In this document: positions 1 through 9,292 of the stretch, in pieces
Layout: each line of letters begins with the position of its first letter
Numbering within the stretch: the stretch's first letter is position 1
The notes under the pieces: generated by a model
Told to the model about the DNA's origin: nothing
The model's input: only the letters and a program-made list of their open reading frames with translations
Database searches by the model: none
NCBI GenBank assembly: GCA_046262935.1
Contig: JBHELT010000083.1
Location: 5,360-69,359, forward strand
From: Actinomycetota bacterium
GTDB taxonomy: Bacteria > Actinomycetota > CADDZG01 > JAHWKV01
Length of the DNA: 64,000 bases
Reading direction: 5' to 3'
Program-made: the position numbers and the translations under genes

Positions 1-207
1 GCAAAACAAAGAAGACCGCGCGACACAGCGTGGATCAGGACCAACCGATACTCATTCCGATATGACGGACGTTGGCTTCTGACCGAGCTACATGTCTCAG
101 CGCCGGATTCGACCAACACAGCGCTGGGAAGCACAGATTCATGGAGATTTGGACCCGATCTCATCGATCAGTGGAAGGCGCGAGCCTTCCAGCAACGACC
201 GGGCGGA

Positions 208-1311
208 GTGACGCCTTGCTGCGGCTACGAAGAAGAGGTGAACAACTGGGGAGGATCGTCGATACTGCTCGGAGAACGCACAGGGCCCGTGAGAGCGATG
301 CGCGAAACTTGGGGCGCAGATTCAGCAACAAACAACATCAGGCGTGAGACCTTCTATCGCGATGAGATCCGTCAACAGAACTATCTACGAGTGCATGTGA
401 TCCCGCCTTTCGATGGGATCTATGTGCAGTGGGACTACAACGCAGGCAAGGTCTCTAGATACTCGAACCCATACCGTCCTGAAGGCGTTGCGATAGACGG
501 CAAGAACGACGAGGTGTTCGGCAATGCGAACGCGCACATCGCGCAAGACCGTGCCGAATTCAAAGATCAAGACTCGGTTCCAATAACCGGGCCGATCGAT
601 GTGAGTCAACGATTGCAAGGTGCAGATGCCGATTGCAAGATCGCGGGACAGAAGGGGATCTGCAACGATCTCGACTTCTCCGACCCAACCTTCTCGGGCC
701 CTCACGGACTGCTCAGTTGGGAAAAAGTGGCCGGACCATACGGTTCGCTCGTGACCCGCTGGACTAAGCTCGATGTAACCGCAGGCAACGCTTACCAGGT
801 GACAACGCTGCCCTATTACCGCGATGACGCATGCTTCGACGATGGAACAGGTTCAGACCCAGGTCCACACCTTCATTCGCGTGGAGTTGATGACGGCCCT
901 TATTCCACTTATGCCGATCCTGTCACCAACGTCACTTCCCCCATGCGCTGCTGGGATTCGGCGACCGATCCCGTTCCTAGGGGAGGCCCGAGCGATGCCC
1001 GGTGGTGGCAGGGCGACATCGGGACTCACGGTCTGCATGTCAACTTGATCGCCGATTCCGATAACGCGATGACCACCGTGCCTCTGACGGAGCTGACAAG
1101 TGAGTACCGGATGGCGGTTCTACAGGGCGACCCCGGGACCGGCGCTGGCGAAGCGTTCGGTCGCTCCGCGGACAAGCCCCTTGTCACGTCGGTCGGTCCT
1201 GCTGTGAATATTCAGCCGGCGCGCGCCCCAAAACGCCCACGGGTCATTCGGGGGCCGGGCCCTGGTCTCTTACCTTTTCGACGTGTTGAAATGCTTCCTT
1301 CAGGTCGCTGA
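208..1311 (+). CDS. hypothetical protein; the reading frame is open from nt 1, so the gene may be 5'-partial and start upstream of the window
   Basis: 367-aa ATG-initiated ORF with coding-like codon usage (GC-rich third positions). The same frame has no stop from nt 1. No recognisable family motif. The 3' end overlaps the convergent gene 1244-1765 by about 67 bp. Confidence 0.4.
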   Translation: MTPCCGYEEEVNNWGGSSILLGERTGPVRAMRETWGADSATNNIRRETFYRDEIRQQNYLRVHVIPPFDGIYVQWDYNAGKVSRYSNPYRPEGVAIDGKNDEVFGNANAHIAQDRAEFKDQDSVPITGPIDVSQRLQGADADCKIAGQKGICNDLDFSDPTFSGPHGLLSWEKVAGPYGSLVTRWTKLDVTAGNAYQVTTLPYYRDDACFDDGTGSDPGPHLHSRGVDDGPYSTYADPVTNVTSPMRCWDSATDPVPRGGPSDARWWQGDIGTHGLHVNLIADSDNAMTTVPLTELTSEYRMAVLQGDPGTGAGEAFGRSADKPLVTSVGPAVNIQPARAPKRPRVIRGPGPGLLPFRRVEMLPSGR

Positions 1312-1765
1312 TCCACTCCGACTGCTTGTGAGCAACAAGCCGGGTGCACCACGCGACGGCGTCGCTCCGGCTGCGAGCCACACCGGCTGCAACCAGCGTA
1401 TCGAGCAACGAGCGTTCCCTCAGTCTTAACCGCGTCATGACGGGAACGGCTAGGCCGGTGAACAGATGTAGCTTGTCGCCCACTTTGACGCCCCAGGACA
1501 CCTTTCGGTTGAAAAGCCGCTCGGCCTCGAGGGCTATCTCGATCCTCGCATCACGGGTCGACTCTCTGAACCCATCGGCTTTGGCTTTGACCTCGTCAGC
1601 GCCAGTGTCGCCAGTGGGGGCGTCGCCAGTCGGGGCCCCCAGTGTCCCAACGACCAGAACCTCCTCATGATCGGCCTGGACCTCTAGATCGCCTTCGAAC
1701 CATCCATCGGGGATCCTGGACCCGAACCATGTCGCGATCTCCTGCTGAACCGTCTGCTTAGACAT
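1244..1765 (-). CDS. hypothetical protein with a short APTGD tandem repeat
   Basis: Internal ATG at 1765 (MSKQTVQQEIATWF...) preceded by GGAGG (plus-strand cctcc at 1770-1774). Contains APTGDAPTGDTGAD. The 192-aa maximal ORF start lacks an RBS. Confidence 0.5.
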   Translation of the reverse strand: MSKQTVQQEIATWFGSRIPDGWFEGDLEVQADHEEVLVVGTLGAPTGDAPTGDTGADEVKAKADGFRESTRDARIEIALEAERLFNRKVSWGVKVGDKLHLFTGLAVPVMTRLRLRERSLLDTLVAAGVARSRSDAVAWCTRLVAHKQSEWISDLKEAFQHVEKVRDQGPAPE

Positions 1766-1775
1766 CGTTGCCTCC

Positions 1776-1815
1776 TGTATGGTTGTAAGTATTATTACAT
1801 ACTTACAACCATACA
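1776..1815. promoter_or_regulatory. AT-rich perfect inverted repeat (16-bp arms TGTATGGTTGTAAGTA / TACTTACAACCATACA, 8-nt spacer) between the lon stop and the start of the downstream gene
   Basis: Read directly from the sequence. Arms 1776-1791 and 1800-1815 are exact reverse complements. The island is AT-rich in a GC-rich background and sits immediately 5' of the RBS of gene 1244-1765. No U-tract follows, so an operator or attenuator is more likely than a simple terminator. Confidence 0.5.
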
Positions 1816-1822
1816 CATTCAA

Positions 1823-4156
1823 TCAGCCTGGGAGGGAACCCGCCAGCAATGGCGAGGCTTCCAAAGCGATGTCTAGCACCTCGGATACGTCGCTCACCAG
1901 ATGGATCTTCATCGCATCGCGCACTGTTTCGGGAACCTCATCGAGGTCTGGCTCATTGCGGATCGGCAGGATCACTTCAAGGATCCCTGCGCGTTTGGCG
2001 GCAAGGATCTTCTGCTTGACTCCACCTATCGGCAGCACCTTGCCTTGCAGGGTCACCTCACCCGTCATGGCGACGGTGCTTCTCACCGGGCGTCCCGTGA
2101 GCAGACTGGCCAATGCGGTGGTTATCGTTACACCCGCCGAGGGTCCATCTTTCGGCACGGCCCCCGCGGGAACGTGCACGTGGAAACGCTTGGAGATCAG
2201 CCCTTCATCGATGTCTTTCAAGTGGCCCTTCACGTAGGAAAGCGCGATCTCCGCCGATTCCTTCATCACGTCGCCCAGTTGACCGGTGAGAGTTAGGCCT
2301 TTCTCTCCATCTATCGCGGACACTTCGACGAAGAGAACGTCGCCACCAGTTCCCGTGACGGCAAGACCCGTTGCGACGCCAGGCACAGAGGTTCGCTCTG
2401 CTACTTCGAGTCGGAACTTCGGACGGCCGAGATAACCCTTGATCGCCTCAGCGGCCACTTCGACCGGAGGCTCGACCTCGTTGGATGCGATCTTGGTCGC
2501 GACCTTGCGCAGCACCTTACCGAGCTCGCGTTCTAAGTTGCGCACACCCGCTTCGCGCGTGTGATCGGCGATTATCGCCGCGATCGCGTCATCGGTGATG
2601 GCCACTTCAGCAACGTCAAGCCCATTGCGTTCGATCTGCCGGTTGAGCAGGTGATCCCTGGCGATGTCGACTTTCTCGTCTTCGGAGTATCCGTCGAGGC
2701 GGACAACTTCCATACGATCGAGCAGGGGGCCTGGGATGGTTTCGACGACATTGGCGGTTGGGATGAACATCACATCCGAAAGGTCCAGATCGACCTCGAG
2801 ATAGTGATCGCGAAACGAATGGTTCTGCGCCGGGTCGAGCACCTCGAGAAGCGCCGACGATGGGTCACCCCGCCAATCGGAACCCACCTTATCGATCTCA
2901 TCAAGCATGATCACTGGGTTCCTTGTGCCTGCCTCTTTCAGGGCCCTGACGATGCGCCCAGGCATCGCACCAACGTAGGTCCGGCGATGTCCGCGTATCT
3001 CAGCTTCATCGTGGATACCGCCGAGCGACACTCGGGCGAACTTACGGCCCATCGCCCTAGCCACTGACTCACCCAAAGACGTCTTGCCGACACCAGGAGG
3101 ACCAACCAAAGTGATGATCGCACCTGAGCCGCGGCCCCCGGGGGCCGCGATCTTGCGCGCGTCGCGCAATTTCATCACGGCCAGGAATTCGATTATGCGG
3201 TCTTTAACATCGTCAAGCCCGGAGTGGTCCTCATCGAGGATGCGCCGCGCTTCCGCTATGTCGTATTGATCATCGGAGCGCACCGACCACGGTATCTCAA
3301 CCATCCAGTCGAGGTAGGTGCGTATCCACCCATACTCTGGGCTCTGCTCGCTTGTGCGCTCGAGCCGGTCGAGTTCTCGCTCTGCCTCCTTCAACACACT
3401 TTCAGGCATCCCGGCGGCGGCAACTTTCGCTCGGTACTCCTGGGCTATGTCACCGTCTGAATCGCCTAGCTCTTTCTTGATCGCTTGCATCTGCTGGCGC
3501 AGGAAGAAATCACGTTGCTGCTTCTCCATACCTTCCGAAACATCTTTGCGGATCTTGTCCTTGAGGGACTGCTCGGCCAATACGTCTTTGCTCCACTCGA
3601 TCAACTTCTCAAGACGCACTTCCACCTTCAACGTCTGCAAGATCTCGAGCTTGTCTTCGTCGGACAGATCAGGCGAGTAGCCCGACATGTCGGCCAGCTG
3701 TCCTGGGTCCGATATCGAGCGGACGATCCTTTTGATGCCAGGGTCCCCACGCCCGTCGAGGATCGCCTCGAGTATGGCCTTGTATTCGCGAGCGAGTTCC
3801 TGTGATCGCTCCGAGGGGATATCTGGATCGAGCTTGGACTCGACCTGCACCCAAAGTGCGGGACCCGATCCAGCAACGCCACTGCCGATCACAGCGCGAT
3901 TCAATCCCCTCACGACGCAGACCTCGATACCGCTCGGCAGGGTGCCTTTGTCTTCGACCTTCGCTACCGTGCCGATCGACGCGTAATCGCCCTCGTTGCG
4001 CGGCACGAGCAGCACCAATCCGTCGGAATCGCTCGAAGCCTCCATGGCTGCTTTAGCGTCATCTCTGTCCAAGGTCACCGTTACGACCATGTGAGGAAGT
4101 ACTACGCCGCCATCGAGCGGCAGAACCGGCAACACGAATGTTCTGAGATCTGGCAT
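1823..4156 (-). CDS. lon: ATP-dependent Lon protease
   Basis: 777 aa. N-terminal LON substrate-binding domain, Walker A GPPGVGKTSLG, and the C-terminal proteolytic domain with the PKDGPSAG catalytic serine motif. Confidence 0.95.
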   Translation of the reverse strand: MPDLRTFVLPVLPLDGGVVLPHMVVTVTLDRDDAKAAMEASSDSDGLVLLVPRNEGDYASIGTVAKVEDKGTLPSGIEVCVVRGLNRAVIGSGVAGSGPALWVQVESKLDPDIPSERSQELAREYKAILEAILDGRGDPGIKRIVRSISDPGQLADMSGYSPDLSDEDKLEILQTLKVEVRLEKLIEWSKDVLAEQSLKDKIRKDVSEGMEKQQRDFFLRQQMQAIKKELGDSDGDIAQEYRAKVAAAGMPESVLKEAERELDRLERTSEQSPEYGWIRTYLDWMVEIPWSVRSDDQYDIAEARRILDEDHSGLDDVKDRIIEFLAVMKLRDARKIAAPGGRGSGAIITLVGPPGVGKTSLGESVARAMGRKFARVSLGGIHDEAEIRGHRRTYVGAMPGRIVRALKEAGTRNPVIMLDEIDKVGSDWRGDPSSALLEVLDPAQNHSFRDHYLEVDLDLSDVMFIPTANVVETIPGPLLDRMEVVRLDGYSEDEKVDIARDHLLNRQIERNGLDVAEVAITDDAIAAIIADHTREAGVRNLERELGKVLRKVATKIASNEVEPPVEVAAEAIKGYLGRPKFRLEVAERTSVPGVATGLAVTGTGGDVLFVEVSAIDGEKGLTLTGQLGDVMKESAEIALSYVKGHLKDIDEGLISKRFHVHVPAGAVPKDGPSAGVTITTALASLLTGRPVRSTVAMTGEVTLQGKVLPIGGVKQKILAAKRAGILEVILPIRNEPDLDEVPETVRDAMKIHLVSDVSEVLDIALEASPLLAGSLPG

Positions 4157-4177
4157 CTGATCCTCCGTTTCGTTCCC

Positions 4178-4759
4178 TCAGTTCTTGAAGATCGCCTGAC
4201 CCTCTACTTCGATCTGGATCTTGCGACCGACAACGGCTGCTCCTGTTTCGATCACCGCATTCCAGGTTAGGCCGAAATCGAATCTATCTATCTCGCCTTT
4301 AACGCTGAACGCGGCCCGAGTCTCGCCTTGGGTGCCCGTGGTAACACCGTACAGTTCGGCTGTTAGTACGACCGGATTGGTCACATCTTTGATCGTTAGG
4401 TCCCCGACCACCTCATACGATTCGTCACCCGTGCCCTGCACCGAGGTCGAACTGAAAGTGATCTTCGGGAATCGTTCAACCTCTAGGAAGTCGCCTGAAC
4501 GCAGGTGATCGTCGCGCATCGATTGGTTCGTTGAGATGGTAGCCGGGTCGATCGTTCCATCGATCTGGATCGTGCCATCTTCTTTGACTTGGATCGAGCC
4601 GTCGAACGAGTCGAAGCGTCCCCTCACCTTGGCGAAAACCAGGTGCCGCGCAACGAATTCCACACTGGTGTGCGCTTGGTCTAGGTGCCACGTTCCGGAT
4701 GCTGGCGACTCCCCGATCTTGACCACTTGCAGATCCTGTTCTGCTTGTTTCGAGTCCAT
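4178..4759 (-). CDS. YceI-like (polyisoprenoid-binding) family protein
   Basis: 193 aa. The W-x-D-x-H-S/T-x-V-x-F pattern (WHLDQAHTSVEFVARH) and overall length are typical of the YceI family. Confidence 0.8.
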   Translation of the reverse strand: MDSKQAEQDLQVVKIGESPASGTWHLDQAHTSVEFVARHLVFAKVRGRFDSFDGSIQVKEDGTIQIDGTIDPATISTNQSMRDDHLRSGDFLEVERFPKITFSSTSVQGTGDESYEVVGDLTIKDVTNPVVLTAELYGVTTGTQGETRAAFSVKGEIDRFDFGLTWNAVIETGAAVVGRKIQIEVEGQAIFKN

Positions 4760-4929
4760 GGTTATCCTCCTGACCTGCCTTCGCCCCTTTGGCTTTTGGC
4801 TTAGTCGGTTATCTTTAGTAAGCGACTTTACGGCTGCCGGTTGAGAATGTCAAGTGGCTTACAGATAATAAGTCAAGCCGGTGCAGGTCCTGGCTCTGAT
4901 CAGCCCCCCCTTTGGGTTAGTGTCTGCAC

Positions 4930-6288
4930 ATGTCGGCAAGATATGACCTCGTCGTTATCGGGGGCGGAGCAGGCGGCGAGGCTGCAGCATCATTAGCAGC
5001 CGAATCCGGAGCGAGCGTCGCCCTCGTCGAACGAGACCTTCTTGGGGGCGAGTGTGGGTTCTGGGCGTGCATCCCTTCGAAGAGCCTGATCAATTCGGCC
5101 AATCTTCACGCTTTGGGGGCCGACTATCCGTGGGATCGGGCATCGAAGCGGCGCGACTGGATCATCGCGCGGGAGGGCTTGGACTATCCCGATGACTCGC
5201 ATCATGTTCAGAGATTGAAAGACGCGGGCGGCGTACTGGTAAGGGGTACTGCGAAGATTACGGATAAGGGGACCGTGCAGGTCGAGCGCGATGGCTCGAC
5301 CGAGCTGCTTGCGGCCACCAACATCATAGTCAGCACGGGTTCGGTGCCTGTGATACCTGCGATCGAAGGCCTTGTCGAAGCTGGCTATTGGACGAACAGA
5401 CAGGCGACCTCGCTGCGGATTCTTCCAACCAGCATCGTTGTGCTTGGCGGTGGCCCTGTTGGGATCGAATTGGCTCAGGTTTACGCACGGTTCGGCACCA
5501 AAACCTCTGTCGTGGAAGGAAACGATCGGATCTTGGCACGCGATCATCCCAAGTCATCGATGGTTGTGGCGGACCGGTTGAAACGTGAAGGTATCGATCT
5601 CAGGCTCGGGGTCAAAGCGCAGAAGGTCAGCGTCGCGGACGGAAAGAAAGTGGTGCACCTTTCAGATGGCACCACGGCGTCAGGGGCGGAACTATTGGTT
5701 GCCGTCGGCAGACGACCTTCCGACGTTCGCTCTATCGGAATCGAAAATGCCGGCGTTGTCCTTGACGAAAGAGGCGTGGTTCAGCCGGACGGTCAGATGC
5801 GGGTTGGCGATCACATCTTCGTTGCAGGCGACGTGGCGGGAGGCCTTCAATTCACACATGTCGCTGACTACCAGGGCCGAGTCGCGGCTCGCGCAGCGCT
5901 TGGCTCTAAGGCGATCGCCAACATGGCTACGGTTCCGAAGGCCACATTCACCGAACCCGAAACCGCTGCTGTGGGCCTCACCGAGGAAGAAGCACACGGT
6001 GGCGGTTTCGATGCGTTCGAGGTTTCGACAGATTTCGCCCAGAGCGCTCGTGGTCAAGCTCTAGAAGGCTCCGAAGGACACATCACTGTCACTGTCGATA
6101 GGGAGCGCAAGGTATTGATCGGCGCGTTCGCGGCTTGTCCGGGGGCCGCTGACATCATCCACGAGGCAACTCTGGCGATAAGGCAAGGCATCCCAGTGAG
6201 CGTTCTGAGCGACACCATCCATGCATTCCCCACCGGCTCTAGGGTATTCGGGGTCTTGATGTGGGATGCGCAGAAGCGTCTTGGTTGA
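4930..6288 (+). CDS. FAD-dependent pyridine nucleotide-disulfide oxidoreductase (dihydrolipoamide dehydrogenase / mercuric-reductase-like)
   Basis: 452 aa. N-terminal FAD fold GGGAGG, redox-active disulfide region GGECGFWACIPSK, a second NAD-binding GGGPVG, and a C-terminal dimerisation domain. Confidence 0.85.
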   Translation: MSARYDLVVIGGGAGGEAAASLAAESGASVALVERDLLGGECGFWACIPSKSLINSANLHALGADYPWDRASKRRDWIIAREGLDYPDDSHHVQRLKDAGGVLVRGTAKITDKGTVQVERDGSTELLAATNIIVSTGSVPVIPAIEGLVEAGYWTNRQATSLRILPTSIVVLGGGPVGIELAQVYARFGTKTSVVEGNDRILARDHPKSSMVVADRLKREGIDLRLGVKAQKVSVADGKKVVHLSDGTTASGAELLVAVGRRPSDVRSIGIENAGVVLDERGVVQPDGQMRVGDHIFVAGDVAGGLQFTHVADYQGRVAARAALGSKAIANMATVPKATFTEPETAAVGLTEEEAHGGGFDAFEVSTDFAQSARGQALEGSEGHITVTVDRERKVLIGAFAACPGAADIIHEATLAIRQGIPVSVLSDTIHAFPTGSRVFGVLMWDAQKRLG

Positions 6289-7134
6289 TCACTTGAGCAG
6301 GCGGCTCAATCTTCGATCTTTCAACACCTTGCCATCTGTCTGACACACAGGGCAGTAACACATGACGTGGTTCTCGTAGAAAACGGCTTCGATCGTTGTC
6401 GAACATCTCCAGCAAGGCTCAGTGTTATGCCTGTGGACACGAAGCGGCATCGGAAGCTTGTCGGGCAGCGGAAGCGACAGCTCCTTCTCGTAGTGAGCCA
6501 ACGCGCCGCTTAGGCAAACGATCATCGACTCTCGCAGCTCATCCATCTGTTCAGCCGACAGATCGGCCGGCTTCTTGAAGGGCGAAAGCTTGGCCAGATG
6601 CAATATCTCATCAACCCATGAGCGGCCTATGCCAGCTATAACTCTTTGGTCTCGCAGGATCGAATGCAAAGGTCTGTTTCCCGAGAGTAACCCTTCGAGA
6701 GCAGGGGGTTTTGGCCATGCCTCGGGGCCGAGCGATGACAGGACTGCCTCGTTCTTTAGTTGTGAATCCTCGATGAGTTTGGCCCACGCGGACTGCTTGG
6801 TCCCGAACTCCCTCAGTCTCAGTTCTTTCGTACCCTCGATCGCGATCGCTATCCTCGTTGAGCGGTCCTTGATCGATGCGGGTTTGTCATACAACTGAAG
6901 GCGTCCCGCAGACATCAGATGGATGAGGAGACTGAACTTTCCTCCTGCACTGATCAGTAGATGTTTACCGCGTCGAGTTATCCGCTCGATCCTGAGCCCC
7001 GTCAATGCCTCGATGGGTGGCTCGAAACTCTTGAGTGTACTGAGGCCTTGGACCCGCACTTTGTCGATCTTCGCTCCTCGGGTTGCCTCACCGAGCAGCC
7101 GGGCGGTGATCTCGACCTCAGGAAGCTCAGGCAT
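6289..7134 (-). CDS. Fpg/Nei family DNA glycosylase (formamidopyrimidine / endonuclease VIII-like)
   Basis: Starts MPELPEVE (catalytic Pro2/Glu3). H2TH domain and a C-terminal C4 zinc finger, CWRC...CPVCQ. Confidence 0.9.
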   Translation of the reverse strand: MPELPEVEITARLLGEATRGAKIDKVRVQGLSTLKSFEPPIEALTGLRIERITRRGKHLLISAGGKFSLLIHLMSAGRLQLYDKPASIKDRSTRIAIAIEGTKELRLREFGTKQSAWAKLIEDSQLKNEAVLSSLGPEAWPKPPALEGLLSGNRPLHSILRDQRVIAGIGRSWVDEILHLAKLSPFKKPADLSAEQMDELRESMIVCLSGALAHYEKELSLPLPDKLPMPLRVHRHNTEPCWRCSTTIEAVFYENHVMCYCPVCQTDGKVLKDRRLSRLLK

Positions 7135-7774
7135 GGTCCCCGCCGGCCGCCTCTCTCAGTAACCGCCTAACGTCGTCGTCGGTGGTCGGCGAGAAATCGT
7201 CGTACCAGGCCCCAACCGCCAACAGGTCTTGTGGCTGATGCAAGCAACTGAGCGACTCACAGAGCGATCGGACCTGTACGCATGTTGAGGCTGCGCCAAC
7301 TGGGACTGCGACATGCACGCTCTTGCAGTTTCCGATGCGGGCCGCCACGATGGCTGCTTTCATGCTGGCTCCTGTAGCTAGACCATCGTCGACGATGATG
7401 ACTTCCTTACCCGAGATCGGCACCGGGAAGCGGCCAGCCCGCAGATCTTTCTCGCGCCGATCCACTTCGATCTGTTCGGTCACGATCGCTTTGTTGATCG
7501 CTTCCGACGAGATCCGCATCGACGCGATGACGGCCTCGTTGAGGATGCGCACGTCGCCACTGGCGACGGCCCCCATCGCCAACTCCTCATGTCCAGGCAC
7601 TCCGAGTTTGCGAACAACCATGATGTCGAGTTGAGCCTCGAGGCCAAGAGCCACCTCGAATGCGACCGGAACCCCTCCCCTTGGCAGACCAAGGACCAAT
7701 GGGTTCACGAACGAACGCTCTTGTAGTGCTTGGGACAAATGCCTCCCCGCTTGATGCCTGTCGGCGAACCTCAC
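7127..7774 (-). CDS. phosphoribosyltransferase domain protein
   Basis: PRT fold motif VIIVDDGLATGASM. A GTG start at 7774 forms a GTGA overlap with the stop of the upstream membrane protein. The 3' end overlaps the fpg start by 8 bp, indicating an operon. Confidence 0.75.
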   Translation of the reverse strand: MRFADRHQAGRHLSQALQERSFVNPLVLGLPRGGVPVAFEVALGLEAQLDIMVVRKLGVPGHEELAMGAVASGDVRILNEAVIASMRISSEAINKAIVTEQIEVDRREKDLRAGRFPVPISGKEVIIVDDGLATGASMKAAIVAARIGNCKSVHVAVPVGAASTCVQVRSLCESLSCLHQPQDLLAVGAWYDDFSPTTDDDVRRLLREAAGGDHA

Positions 7775-8850
7775 CTTCGACGCAGCCCGGTCAGGCGGCG
7801 CGGCCGCCAATCGGTGAGCGATCGATCACTCGACCAGGGGGCCGGCGGAGCCATGGTCAGTGTCGCAAGCGCAACCAAAACACGGTCATAATTAACTCTC
7901 CATCCGGTGAAGTCGATCCAAGCTTGATCGCGCGGCTTCAACGGGACGCCCTCGGTCTCCAACCGTGAATACGTCTCATCGAACTCGACCTTCGAAACCG
8001 TTATCGGATCGGTCGGTTTCGGATTTTCATCGAACGGGATGCTGAAGAAGGCCGCGATCCTGCGCAAAGATACATATCCAGCTCTGATGCACAACTCTGC
8101 ATCGGGATCGCGTTGGGCATCTATCGACGACGCGCGGAAGGCGGCCGCGTCCAACACAGCACCCGCCGCCGTGACCCAGGAGTGTTTGGACTGCGGAGAT
8201 CTGAAGAAGATCAAGGCCGGGAACGAAGTGTGCGTTTCCTCGATCTCGGCGAACCAGACCTCCCATTGCTGCCACATCGAACTTAGGCGATCCAGACCAT
8301 GGATCCTGAAATAACGCGAGATAACTTCAACCGCGCTGGGAGGTGCGTTCCCTCTGATCTCCAATAACGCGACCAAAGTTTCGCGCCGCGAGAAGTTAGC
8401 GTAGAGACTTGGCAAGAAGGTGATGAGAAGTGCCAGCAGCAGCAAACCCAGCCCAGCCTCGGCGAACATCAGTGTTGTACCGAAAAGGTCATGCGGTCGA
8501 CTCGTTCCGAGCGTCAGCAATGAAGAACCGCTGATCTGGAAAGCCTCCGAGAACCCGAGCGATCCAGCCGCCCAGAACATCGCGGCGAAACCTGCTCCTA
8601 CCAAGACCTCCCAAGCGACTACAAGCGTGAGAAGGCTGACTGGAGCGAACAAGGCCATGACCTTGTCGCGCCTTTCGTAGTTTGCCTTGGGCCCAGCCCT
8701 TAGGACGAAGAGGCTTCGCATCAGGGCAAAGACCCAACCGGTGAGCCTTGCCGGAACAGCTCTAGGCAGAACGACCGATCTAACCGCGGAGCCAACTGTG
8801 AAGAAAATGACCAGCATTCCAGCCACGAACACCATGGTTCTGAGGATCAT
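7771..8850 (-). CDS. hypothetical polytopic membrane protein
   Basis: 359 aa with about 6 predicted hydrophobic helices in the N-terminal two-thirds and a hydrophilic C-terminal tail. No channel or transporter signature recognised. Confidence 0.5.
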   Translation of the reverse strand: MILRTMVFVAGMLVIFFTVGSAVRSVVLPRAVPARLTGWVFALMRSLFVLRAGPKANYERRDKVMALFAPVSLLTLVVAWEVLVGAGFAAMFWAAGSLGFSEAFQISGSSLLTLGTSRPHDLFGTTLMFAEAGLGLLLLALLITFLPSLYANFSRRETLVALLEIRGNAPPSAVEVISRYFRIHGLDRLSSMWQQWEVWFAEIEETHTSFPALIFFRSPQSKHSWVTAAGAVLDAAAFRASSIDAQRDPDAELCIRAGYVSLRRIAAFFSIPFDENPKPTDPITVSKVEFDETYSRLETEGVPLKPRDQAWIDFTGWRVNYDRVLVALATLTMAPPAPWSSDRSLTDWRPRRLTGLRRR

Positions 8851-8896
8851 CGTTCACCCTCCTGGAGCGAGCGAAGGAAGTTACCATTGCGAATCA

Positions 8897-8917
8897 GATT
8901 ACTAGGAGTAATCTAGT
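8897..8917. promoter_or_regulatory. overlapping inverted repeats GATTACT-agg-AGTAATC and TACTAG...CTAGTA in the divergent promoter region upstream of hxlR
   Basis: Read from the sequence at 8897-8917. Located 7 nt upstream of the hxlR ATG and between divergent genes, so a candidate autoregulatory HxlR operator. Confidence 0.4.
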
Positions 8918-8923
8918 AGAACG

Positions 8924-9292
8924 ATGAAAGAAACTTCGACGGGATTCAAGGGCCTGGCCCAACACGAGCCCTATTGCCCTAGGTTTCACAAGACCATGGA
9001 GATCGTTGGGCGCCGATGGACTGGGGCGATCATCCGCGCGATGGTTTCTGGGCACCAGCGCTTCAATGACATCTCGTCGGCCGTGCCCGGACTGAGCGAC
9101 CGCCTTCTATCGGAGAGGCTGAAGGAGCTTGAAGCCGAAGGCATCGTCGATCGCATCGTCATCCCCGATACCCCGGTCAAGGTTGAGTACCACCTAACCG
9201 TCAAAGGGCAGGGCCTGGAACCAGTGCTCATGAAGGCTGCGGAGTGGGCCCAGAAGTGGCTGCCGCCCCATGACGACCCGTGCCGGAGCTGA
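8924..9292 (+). CDS. HxlR family transcriptional regulator
   Basis: 122 aa. CPxxxxLexiGdKW-like N-terminus (CPRFHKTMEIVGRRWTGAIIRAM) and winged helix typical of the HxlR/MarR-like family. Confidence 0.8.
   Translation: MKETSTGFKGLAQHEPYCPRFHKTMEIVGRRWTGAIIRAMVSGHQRFNDISSAVPGLSDRLLSERLKELEAEGIVDRIVIPDTPVKVEYHLTVKGQGLEPVLMKAAEWAQKWLPPHDDPCRS

Noticed and set aside
1344-4056. Numerous 60-170 aa ORFs antisense to or overlapping lon, for example 1344-1670, 2561-3067, 3318-3680 and 3802-4056.
   Set aside because: Long spurious open frames like these are typical of high-GC DNA. They sit entirely inside a strongly supported conserved gene, have no RBS, and give low-complexity Arg/Ser/Pro-rich translations. 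The same reasoning was applied to antisense ORFs throughout the window, for example 5585-6064, 16911-17267, 22215-23000 and 55435-56298.
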